The notes under the pieces were generated by a model. That model did no database searches. It saw nothing but the letters and a program-made list of their open reading frames with translations, and had not been told where the DNA came from. From Candidatus Kapaibacterium sp. (GTDB lineage: Bacteria; Bacteroidota; Ignavibacteria; Kapaibacteriales; UBA2268): a DNA stretch of 64,000 nucleotides. Shown here piece after piece: positions 9,918 through 18,646 of this stretch. The first letter of the stretch is position 1. Each line of letters begins with the position of its first letter. The stretch is from contig OY762428.1 in assembly GCA_963665665.1 (NCBI GenBank), forward strand, positions 4,288,001-4,352,000. The letters run 5' to 3'. The translations under genes and the position numbers were made by a program.

Positions 9918-11547
9918 GAGCTATCACAACACCGAGAATACCGGTCAATTGCATCATAACGGTCATAACATCGGTAAATACAGTCCAGGCAGAAAAATCC
10001 GATTCCGGAGGAACCAATATATAATCTCCCGGTTCAATTACATAATCACCGGTTTCGGCATCAAACTGCCGGCCTTTGGATTTTACTATCATTGTTTCCC
10101 CCTCATCAGCCCTGTATCCGTAACCACCAGCCATTGAAATATAATCTATATAAGAGAATTTAGGGTTGAAGGGTATCAAACCGGGGTTATTCACTCTTCC
10201 CTGAACATTAACAAATATCTTTTTCTGCGGAACATATATTGAATCCATATCTTCCAAAACAATATCATCCTGGCAGCCGGGTTCTCTAATCACATTCCTG
10301 AAATCAATGGCCATAACACCTTTTTTCTCTAAAATTTTGGCCCGGTAGAATTTTAATTCGTCCTCCGACATTTCCGAGGATGGTATTCTGTGCAGCCTTT
10401 CCATCTCGGGGTCTTCCACTTTCGATTCCTTTTGCCTGATAAGGATTGCTGCTTCCGGGGATGCGTCATTGGTGAATCCGCCCGAACGCCTTAATACATC
10501 CGATATTTTTTCCTGATTTTTTTTCACTGCATAATAGCCGGGAAATATTACTTCTCCCATAATACATATTGTCTGCTTTTCTTCTGATTCTGATTTTTTC
10601 CTTATAAAAACCCTGTCCCCGGCCAATAATGGAATATCACCCGGCAGGTTTTTATTCTCGTATATATTTTCCCATTGCGAAATATCAACGTAGAAAGAAT
10701 GAATAGTTCCGGAACGGTCGAACCTTGCAATTTCCACAGAATCAAGTACAGCCTCGTTAGTCAGGCCCATTCCGAATTTGATCAACAAGGAAAGGGAATC
10801 TCCGTCAACATATTCAAATTCCTCGGGCATAGATACTTCGCCAAAAATCTCAATCGACCTGTCCTCGTCTTCCTGGGGCACAATAATAATATCCCCGCCA
10901 AGAACTGTGGGATTGTCATCTTCAATTCCTGCACGGAAATAACTTACAAGATCCACCTTGATTCTTTGATTGGATGAACTTCGGAGAAGAATGATATTTC
11001 TGAGCGATGCTTCCAGTTTCATACCACCGGCTTTTTCAATAACTTCCGATACTCTGTCGGCAGCAGTAGCTGCAACGATAGCCTGCTTTCTCACAGCGCC
11101 GTTCACGGTTACTTTAAATCTTCTTAAATCGGCAAGAGTCAGGTCAATTTCCGATGTATTTATCACTTTGCCGACTTTTTCCCGAACAAGTTCTTTTGCT
11201 TCACTAAGTGTTTTGCCCTTCAGGTTAACAGCACCAACGGAAGGTATCATCAGAATACCCTCGGGTGATATCGGTATATCCTCTGTTTCTGGTTCGACCC
11301 CTACATAAGTAAGGTTTAGAATATCACCGGGCCCTAATACATATTTGTCGGGATCAATCTCTTTTTCAAGAAGCCCCTTTGTCTCCTTGATAATCCTGTT
11401 CGATGCCTCGAGAGCCAAAGTATCAACTTCTCCTTTTCTGGCACCCTTGAAATAATCAAATTCATCTTCCGCTTTCAGGGTGAATCCGGCAGCTGATAAA
11501 AATCCCAAAATTAAAATCGAAATAAAGACAGATTTTCTCAGGTTCAT
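9907..11547 (-). CDS. SLBB-domain polysaccharide export protein (Wza/KpsD-like)
   Basis: YVLGPGDIL Poly_export motif and several SLBB repeats (GEVxxPG, AGG); signal peptide from ATG 11547. Confidence 0.88.
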   Translation of the reverse strand: MNLRKSVFISILILGFLSAAGFTLKAEDEFDYFKGARKGEVDTLALEASNRIIKETKGLLEKEIDPDKYVLGPGDILNLTYVGVEPETEDIPISPEGILMIPSVGAVNLKGKTLSEAKELVREKVGKVINTSEIDLTLADLRRFKVTVNGAVRKQAIVAATAADRVSEVIEKAGGMKLEASLRNIILLRSSSNQRIKVDLVSYFRAGIEDDNPTVLGGDIIIVPQEDEDRSIEIFGEVSMPEEFEYVDGDSLSLLIKFGMGLTNEAVLDSVEIARFDRSGTIHSFYVDISQWENIYENKNLPGDIPLLAGDRVFIRKKSESEEKQTICIMGEVIFPGYYAVKKNQEKISDVLRRSGGFTNDASPEAAILIRQKESKVEDPEMERLHRIPSSEMSEDELKFYRAKILEKKGVMAIDFRNVIREPGCQDDIVLEDMDSIYVPQKKIFVNVQGRVNNPGLIPFNPKFSYIDYISMAGGYGYRADEGETMIVKSKGRQFDAETGDYVIEPGDYILVPPESDFSAWTVFTDVMTVMMQLTGILGVVIALVK

Positions 11548-11772
11548 AAACAATTTTCTTTTCTTTGTACATATACCAGTCATAATTTACAAAGATATGA
11601 AATTCATTTGATATTTACTGATTGAAAACAGGTTAACACGCAGGTAAAATCCTTTGCTGAGTAGATACATTAAATATTTCATGTATACAGAGAGTATTGA
11701 TAACAAATATTTTTGCTTTTGTCAGGATAATCAATATTTTGCAATAGTAATAATTATTCAATGTTTGTTGTT

Positions 11773-12252
11773 ATGATAAAAAAAGCAGTTTATCCCGGAA
11801 CATTCGACCCCATCACACTGGGTCACATAGACGTTATTCAAAGGGCATCAGAAATGTTCGATGAGGTGATTGTATTGATTGCTGTTAATTCAAAGAAAAA
11901 AACGCTTTTCAGTGAGGAAGAAAGGCTTCAGTTAGCAAAGGATTCATTGAGAGAAATACCTAATGCCAGTGCCATTATTACTCACGGTCTGACTGTGGAT
12001 AGTGCGCACGAACACGGCGCTGTTGCTATTGTAAGGGGGGTTAGGGCATTATCTGATTTTGATTATGAATTCCAGATTGCACTAATGAACCGCAAATTAT
12101 CTCCTGAAATCCATACAGTATTCCTGATGCCGCATGAAAAATATACATACCTGAATTCGAGCATAATAAGGGAATTATCAAGTTATAAGCAGGATGTTTC
12201 AGAATTCGTTCCGGACAATGTAGCAAAAGCTTTAGCGAAAAAATTTTTATAA
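11773..12252 (+). CDS. coaD: Phosphopantetheine adenylyltransferase
   Basis: YPGTFDPITLGH, RGVRALSDFDYE, YLNSSIIRE. Confidence 0.97.
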   Translation: MIKKAVYPGTFDPITLGHIDVIQRASEMFDEVIVLIAVNSKKKTLFSEEERLQLAKDSLREIPNASAIITHGLTVDSAHEHGAVAIVRGVRALSDFDYEFQIALMNRKLSPEIHTVFLMPHEKYTYLNSSIIRELSSYKQDVSEFVPDNVAKALAKKFL

Positions 12253-12338
12253 AAAGCTAAAATATTTATCATGCGGATTTCGTAATTTATAAAGGTTGAA
12301 TTATTTAATATTTTGTAATTAAATTAATATACCGAATA

Positions 12339-13385
12339 TTGGCAGACAGAACGGAAATAGAACTTAGCGAAAGAGAAAAGAACATACTGCAATCATTGAT
12401 TCACATGTATGTGTTGAAGGCATCTCCAATTGGCTCAAGATTGCTTTCCAAACATCTTGAAACGGGAAGGCAGCTTAGCGCCGCAACTATTAGAAATGTA
12501 ATGTCAGACCTTGAAGAAATGAATTTTATAACACATCCGCATACTTCTGCCGGCAGAATACCAACTGACAAGGGATACAGATTCTATGTGAACAGCCTGA
12601 TGAAACTTGAAGGACTTTCAGAGCAAGACATGAACATCTTACGTCAGAATCTTCTACAGGCTCATCCTTCGGGTGTACTAAAGGATGCTTCAAAGATTCT
12701 TGGTATGCTCTCAAGGCATTTAAGCATTGTTGAAATTCCCAACCTTAAAGATCTTGTTGTTGAGAAAATAGACATTGTTTCACTGAGTTCAAAAAGAATA
12801 CTCGTTGTAATAGCGTTGGATTCAGACAATGTAAGAACGGTAACACTGGAAGCAGATTTTGATATCGACATTGGATACCTTAGTGAAATTACATCATATA
12901 TAAATGAAAAGATCAGCGGAAGGCCCCTGCGATTCCTGCGTGAAAATTTTCATGAGATGATAAGCGATTTCGATTTACAGGATATGCCTCTGGTAAGGCT
13001 TTTTGTTGATTCGGTTGAAAAGATTTTTCGAAATGAAATAAAAACGGACAGAATACTGATAAACGGAACAGCCAACCTTCTTAACTATCCTGAATTTGAA
13101 AACCCGGACAGGGTCAGGTCTGTTATTGAAATAATTGAGAATGAGGATATTATCATCCACATGCTGGATAAACTTGAAAACTCATCATCGGAAACACAGG
13201 TTTTAATCGGCAGCGAGCTGGATAATTCTGAACTTGATGATTACAGTCTGATCGTTTCTTCATACAAGCTTGGGCCTGCTAATGCTGCAATCGGTTTAAT
13301 AGGCCCTAAAAGGATGAACTATTCAAGAATGATATCTATTGTTGAAGCTGTTTCGGAAGCCCTTACAAGCGCATATCACAAATAA
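12339..13385 (+). CDS. hrcA: Heat-inducible transcription repressor
   Basis: PIGSR, SAATIRNVMSDLE, HPHTSAGRIPTDKGYRFYV, GLIGPKRMNY. Confidence 0.96.
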   Translation: MADRTEIELSEREKNILQSLIHMYVLKASPIGSRLLSKHLETGRQLSAATIRNVMSDLEEMNFITHPHTSAGRIPTDKGYRFYVNSLMKLEGLSEQDMNILRQNLLQAHPSGVLKDASKILGMLSRHLSIVEIPNLKDLVVEKIDIVSLSSKRILVVIALDSDNVRTVTLEADFDIDIGYLSEITSYINEKISGRPLRFLRENFHEMISDFDLQDMPLVRLFVDSVEKIFRNEIKTDRILINGTANLLNYPEFENPDRVRSVIEIIENEDIIIHMLDKLENSSSETQVLIGSELDNSELDDYSLIVSSYKLGPANAAIGLIGPKRMNYSRMISIVEAVSEALTSAYHK

Positions 13386-13472
13386 ATCATTAAATCAATT
13401 TTGTATTGCATAATAATAAGCATTTGATTATATTAATGCCTATTGGTTTATATTATTTTACGGAGTTATAAA

Positions 13473-14123
13473 ATGAAAAAGTTCGCTTTACTTAGTATTT
13501 TCTTAATACTCCCCATTTTCTTAGCGTCTTGCGATAATGATTGCCCTGTGGATAATCATCAGGACACATACTCCATGGTAAGTGTTGAAGAGCTATCAAT
13601 TCTGGAAGCTGATCTTTCATCTGACATAACAGAGTCAGAAGAATTTAACTTTGAACAGGAATATGATTTCGAGGCAGAAAACTTTGCAAATACCAGGTTT
13701 ATCCCCCTGAATGAAATCCTGAGGAAACTTGAACTGACAGACCGCCAGCTTCCGGCAGTAAAAAGATACCTTCAGGCAAATCAGGATTGTGTAAGATCAA
13801 TTCTCATGCGACTTTCTCTGGCACAAAGAACCCTTTTTGCTGATTATCGATCCCGATACCAGAGAATTTTGCAGGCAGTGAATAATGGCACAATGACACG
13901 CGCCCAGGCTGCACGCCATATAAATCAATTGCGCCAGGAACTGCGCAGGAAAATGATGGAATTGCGGTACAAGGCCTGTGTTGCTATTTCAGATTGCAGA
14001 AATGAATTACTCAGAAATATATATTCGATCCTTAATGAAGAACAGAAAGCAATGTTTGAACGCTGGCTGAATTCTCTTTCGAAATTTGATTGTGGCAGAC
14101 CAGCTGATAATGGCAGAAGTTAA
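13473..14123 (+). CDS. Hypothetical helical lipoprotein
   Basis: GGAG RBS, lipobox FLASC, helical body ending ILNEEQKAMFERW (Spy/CpxP-like LTxxQ flavour). Confidence 0.7.
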   Translation: MKKFALLSIFLILPIFLASCDNDCPVDNHQDTYSMVSVEELSILEADLSSDITESEEFNFEQEYDFEAENFANTRFIPLNEILRKLELTDRQLPAVKRYLQANQDCVRSILMRLSLAQRTLFADYRSRYQRILQAVNNGTMTRAQAARHINQLRQELRRKMMELRYKACVAISDCRNELLRNIYSILNEEQKAMFERWLNSLSKFDCGRPADNGRS

Positions 14124-14262
14124 TAGTTGAATATACGTATTTCATTACTGGCAGTACCCCTGAATTATTTTTGAGAAATATTCTGCAAGCAATATGCGGG
14201 ATATTTATCATCAGAATATCCCGGGGCTAATCGGATATAAAATTTAACTTAAACATGTTTTC

Positions 14263-14300
14263 AAAAGTTCCTTTCGATAACCGGAGGGGGCTTTTTTTTT
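14263..14300 (+). terminator. Rho-independent terminator
   Basis: AAGTTCCTTTCG/CGGAGGGGGCTT stem with G-U pairs, followed by a T9 tract. Confidence 0.7.
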
Positions 14301-14391
14301 GACAATAATTTGACAGAATTTTTAGAAAATAATGACAAATCCCGATAGAGCCATGATTAAATTCAACCTAAAATTAATCATGGAGTCTGAA

Positions 14392-14994
14392 ATGAAAAAC
14401 AGGAAATATCTTTTAATATTCACGATCATATTAATTCTGTCAACAGAAAATATTATAGCTGATAAAGATGAGTATAATGAATTGATTATTGATACCGGAT
14501 ACACTTTTCTGGTTGACGGTAATGAGAGAGAGGGGTATCGTCCGATTAGTGGTGGTAGTAATATCAATATCGGCTTCAGTTATTCGATTTGGCCCGTGAA
14601 ATTCTTTTTTTCGACGGGTGTTCAATGGAATAGATATAATATGGAATTCGATTTTAATGAAGACGGAACAAATAGAATATCACATTCTACAAAATATCCA
14701 TTTCTGATAGGTATCAGTTTCATTTTTCCGAAACCTGAAAGCATGAAACCATATATTTCAATCGGAGCAGGAACACTGATGAAAAGTAGTACAGGTAACT
14801 ATATTCACCTACCCAAAATTCAATTTCTAATAAATACAAGAACAGGACTGCTGATAAATATCGGAAAAAACTGGGCACTTGATTTATCATATTCAAAATA
14901 TCTGGGGTATGACACAAAACTATTTTCAAGCCCGGGAAAACAGCTGGAAATTGATATAAATACTGCAAGTTTCGGAATCAGGTATCAATTTTAA
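14392..14994 (+). CDS. Outer-membrane beta-barrel protein (OmpW/OMP_b-brl-like)
   Basis: Signal peptide, amphipathic strands, KPYISIGAG, C-terminal SFGIRYQF beta-signal. Confidence 0.78.
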   Translation: MKNRKYLLIFTIILILSTENIIADKDEYNELIIDTGYTFLVDGNEREGYRPISGGSNINIGFSYSIWPVKFFFSTGVQWNRYNMEFDFNEDGTNRISHSTKYPFLIGISFIFPKPESMKPYISIGAGTLMKSSTGNYIHLPKIQFLINTRTGLLINIGKNWALDLSYSKYLGYDTKLFSSPGKQLEIDINTASFGIRYQF

Positions 14995-15656
14995 TCTGAT
15001 AGACCGAACTCATTATAGATTTTTTCTTTAAGAATCAGTTTAACTTCTTCAAAATTGTGTTTTTCACCGATTTCATTTTCAAGTGATGTTACTCCTTTGT
15101 CCGTGAACCCGCATGGGTTGATATAATCAAAATATTTAATATCAGTATTTACATTGATAGCAAAACCGTGCATTGTGCATTTTCTTGATGCTTTTACACC
15201 TATAGCGCAAATTTTTCTCTCGCCTTTTTCATCGTTTAGCCAAACTCCGGTTGCACCATCCAGCCTGCCTGCTACAATACCATAGTGATTTAGGGTATTG
15301 ATAACAGATTGCTCAACTTTATATATATATTCTTTGATTGACAATCCCTGAATATCGAGGTCAAAAATCGGGTATCCTACAATTTGGCCAGGGCCGTGGT
15401 AAGTAATATCTCCTCCCCTGTCAATCCTGTAAAATGTGGCATCAATAGATTTCAAAAATACCTCTGTCATAAGCATATTGCTGTCATCGCCGTTCTTTCC
15501 AAGTGTATAAACATGCGGGTGCTCACAAAAAAGAAGGAATTGGCTTCCATTCTGCTTTTGTTTCTTTGCTTCAACAAGTTTTCCGAATATATCTGCCTGA
15601 TAATCCCAAGCTTTTTTATAGTCAATTAATCCGAGGTCTTCAAATTTAATTTTCAT
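14991..15656 (-). CDS. lipB: Lipoyl(octanoyl) transferase
   Basis: CEHPHVYTLG, RGGDITYHGPGQIVGYPI, KICAIG, HGFAIN, INPCG. Confidence 0.97.
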   Translation of the reverse strand: MKIKFEDLGLIDYKKAWDYQADIFGKLVEAKKQKQNGSQFLLFCEHPHVYTLGKNGDDSNMLMTEVFLKSIDATFYRIDRGGDITYHGPGQIVGYPIFDLDIQGLSIKEYIYKVEQSVINTLNHYGIVAGRLDGATGVWLNDEKGERKICAIGVKASRKCTMHGFAINVNTDIKYFDYINPCGFTDKGVTSLENEIGEKHNFEEVKLILKEKIYNEFGLSD

Positions 15657-15670
15657 CTTTTTTCCTGATT

Positions 15671-16519
15671 TTATTTCTCAACATGTTTCTCCGCGTGAAA
15701 ACTTGACCTTACAAGCGGTGAACTTTCCACGTGCCTGAAGCCTTTATTTAGTCCGATTTTTCTATATTCTTCAAATTTTTCCGGGCTGACAAATTCCTGA
15801 ACCCGGATATCATTCTTTGTCGGCTGAAGATATTGCCCCAAAGTAAAAATCTTGCATCCAACATATATCAGATCATCCATTGTTGAAATAATTTCTTCTT
15901 CAGTCTCACCCAATCCGAGCATTATTCCTGATTTTGAAGTAATACCCGATTTGGAAATATATTCAATCACTTCAAGGCTTCTGCCATATTTAGCTTTTGA
16001 TCGAACAACAGGAGTAAGTCTCTCCACAGTTTCAAGGTTGTGGGAAATTACTTCGGGATTCGCATTGATTACTTTTTGAATCAGTTCTGTTTTTCCATTG
16101 AAATCTGGTATAAGAGCTTCTATGGTTGTATCGGGATTTAGTTCCTTAATTCTGATAATTGTTTCAGCCCATTGTTCAGCACCATAATCCGGCAGATCAT
16201 CTCTGTCCACAGATGTAAGTACGCAATGTTTCAGTTCAAGAATCTGAACGGACTTTGCAATATTCATTGGTTCATCATAGTCTGGCGGCAGAGGCCTTCC
16301 TGATTTTGTAGCACAAAACGCACAGGTTCTTGTACAAATATCACCAAGTATCATAAAAGTTGCTGTACCACGACCCCAGCAGTCAGCAACATTCGGGCAT
16401 TTTCCACTCGTGCAAATTGTGTTCAGCTTATATTTATCTATAAGGTTTTTCACCTGCCTGTAGTTTTTTCCCTGTGGAAGTTTAATTTTCAGCCAATCCG
16501 GTTTTCTTCTTATTTCCAT
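15671..16519 (-). CDS. lipA: Lipoyl synthase
   Basis: CTSGKCPNVADCW and CTRTCAFC cluster motifs, PLVRSSFHA. Confidence 0.97.
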   Translation of the reverse strand: MEIRRKPDWLKIKLPQGKNYRQVKNLIDKYKLNTICTSGKCPNVADCWGRGTATFMILGDICTRTCAFCATKSGRPLPPDYDEPMNIAKSVQILELKHCVLTSVDRDDLPDYGAEQWAETIIRIKELNPDTTIEALIPDFNGKTELIQKVINANPEVISHNLETVERLTPVVRSKAKYGRSLEVIEYISKSGITSKSGIMLGLGETEEEIISTMDDLIYVGCKIFTLGQYLQPTKNDIRVQEFVSPEKFEEYRKIGLNKGFRHVESSPLVRSSFHAEKHVEK

Positions 16520-16736
16520 CCTTTTTCCAAATATCTTTTTTCATGAAAACGAAATTATCGAAATTATTTTTCACGGCAAAACATTTAGTGAATTAGCCAT
16601 TTGTGATTTTTGATTTTTTAACCCTGCTGATTAGTAGATTAATTCTATGGCAGAACTTGTTACAATCTTTCCTTTTTTTTGTAATATCTAATATTTATAT
16701 TCGTTTTGTTTGTATAAAACAACCTTGGAGAAAGAA

Positions 16737-17708
16737 ATGGCAGATGGAGAAAGATATATAAACCCGTTTACTGATTTTGGATTTAAAAAAATATTCGGAA
16801 GCGAACCCAATAAGGATTTATTGAAGTCCTTCCTGAACGCCCTCCTTTACGAACAGGAAGGTGAAATTGTAGAGCTAAACTACTCACCCACGGAACAAAT
16901 CGGGATAAACAACGACGCTCGTTCCGCTGTTTTCGATATTCTTTGCACCAACGAGAAAGGCGAACAATTTATCGTTGAAATGCAAAAATCAAAACAGGCA
17001 TATTTTAAAGAGCGCTCTGTGTTTTATGCTACATTCCCCATTCATAACCAGGCTAAGCAGGGAGCAGAGTGGAAGTTTGATCTGAAAGCCGTTTACATGA
17101 TAGCAATTCTTGGTTTTGAGTTTGACGAAAATAAGGAAAACCCCGATAAAATGCGATATGACGTAAAACTCGTTGAACTGGAAACTAACAAGATTTGGTA
17201 TGATAAGCTTACCCTTATTTACCTGGAAATGCCGAAATTCAAAAAGGAGCTTCACGAGCTTAAAAATGAATATGAAAAATGGCTGTACGTTATTAAAAAC
17301 CTTCATCGGCTGGACAGGCTTCCTGACGAACTGAGAACAAAGGTTTTCGAGAAATTTTTCGAAATTGCCGAGATTTCCAAATTATCACATGAAGAGTGGT
17401 ATCGATACCAACGCAGTATGAATGCTTACCGCGATATTACAAATACCATTGATTACGCAAAAAAAGAAGGTTTTGATAATGGATATGGCAAAGGTTATCA
17501 GGAAGCAACAAGCGTAAAGCAGAAAGAAGTTGAAGCTAAGCAAAGGGAACTACTTAAGGAACAGAAAGAACGTAAAAGTGACCAGGAAAGAGCAATTGTC
17601 AATCTGCTAAATGCTGGGATGAGTAATGAACAAATCGCAAAAATACTATCAGTTAGTATGGAGCAAATACAGGAAATATTACACAAAAAGAATAAAACTG
17701 ATATATAG
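16737..17708 (+). CDS. Rpn-family recombination-promoting nuclease / PD-(D/E)XK putative transposase
   Basis: YINPFTDFGFKKIFG, FDILC, FIVEMQ, YLEMPKF; coiled-coil and HTH-like C-terminus; GGAG RBS before ATG 16737. Confidence 0.9.
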   Translation: MADGERYINPFTDFGFKKIFGSEPNKDLLKSFLNALLYEQEGEIVELNYSPTEQIGINNDARSAVFDILCTNEKGEQFIVEMQKSKQAYFKERSVFYATFPIHNQAKQGAEWKFDLKAVYMIAILGFEFDENKENPDKMRYDVKLVELETNKIWYDKLTLIYLEMPKFKKELHELKNEYEKWLYVIKNLHRLDRLPDELRTKVFEKFFEIAEISKLSHEEWYRYQRSMNAYRDITNTIDYAKKEGFDNGYGKGYQEATSVKQKEVEAKQRELLKEQKERKSDQERAIVNLLNAGMSNEQIAKILSVSMEQIQEILHKKNKTDI

Positions 17709-17774
17709 TTGATAATTTTTCAAAATAAAACTTTTATATAAAATCAATTATTAAAAGATATAAAAATTATTTTA

Positions 17775-18503
17775 ATGTTGATAAACCCATTAACTGCAAC
17801 CGGATTTCTAAACAGGACATTTCTTGATTTCCTGGATCCACCGCAATGTATGATATGCGAAGGAATATTAGACACCCGAGAAGGAATTACTAAATACATC
17901 TGCAAAAAATGTTTGAATTCCATTCACCTTGCACCTGACAGCAGGGAAATTATGGCCTATCTTATGCATAGTATTCCTGCCGACCTGATGGCAATTTCCA
18001 ATATTTTTAGCTTGTTCAGCGTTCGAGAAGACAGCCGTTTTATGGAACTGATATACTCGGCTAAGTATTATAACATTCCTGATATTGGATTCGAACTCGG
18101 TAAACTTCTTGCCGGTAGAATTCAGGATAAAGGCAACCCAAAATATGATTTTATCGTACCGGTTCCCATCCATCACGCACGAAATCGCGAAAGGGGTTAT
18201 AATCAGTCGGATTATATTGCTGAAGGACTGTCAGACATATTGAAATTTCCTGTGAACAAAAAAATACTAAAGAGAAAAAAATATACGGTTTCCCAAACAA
18301 AACTATCTGCTGAACAAAGAAAAACAAATCTGAAAAAAGCCTTTTGCACTGGAAAAGAAATTCAGAAAGTTGTAAATAAATCGATCCTGATTTGCGATGA
18401 TGTAATTACTACTGCATCAACTTTAAATACTTGTGCAATGATGCTGTTGGAATCCGGAGCAAGAATAATTGATGCTGCCGCTCCTGCCTATGCAGGAAAA
18501 TAA
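17775..18503 (+). CDS. comF: ComF-family phosphoribosyltransferase-like protein
   Basis: CxxC...CxxC, VPVPIH, RERGYNQS, ICDDVITTASTL. Confidence 0.88.
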   Translation: MLINPLTATGFLNRTFLDFLDPPQCMICEGILDTREGITKYICKKCLNSIHLAPDSREIMAYLMHSIPADLMAISNIFSLFSVREDSRFMELIYSAKYYNIPDIGFELGKLLAGRIQDKGNPKYDFIVPVPIHHARNRERGYNQSDYIAEGLSDILKFPVNKKILKRKKYTVSQTKLSAEQRKTNLKKAFCTGKEIQKVVNKSILICDDVITTASTLNTCAMMLLESGARIIDAAAPAYAGK

Positions 18504-18646
18504 ATATTAAATTTGTATTAATATTATGTAATCTTTTTCTCATTAATCTGTTTTAATATTCAAACAGGTACAGTTCATTAACCCGGGGATATGAACTTTT
18601 TCCAAACCGTTTCTCAACACAACCACTAATTTTACAGGAGGCGGGC

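Noticed and set aside
12252-12339. CIRCE element upstream of hrcA (also TTAGCACTT at ~35336)
   Set aside because: No TTAGCACTC-N9-GAGTGCTAA inverted repeat at either site.
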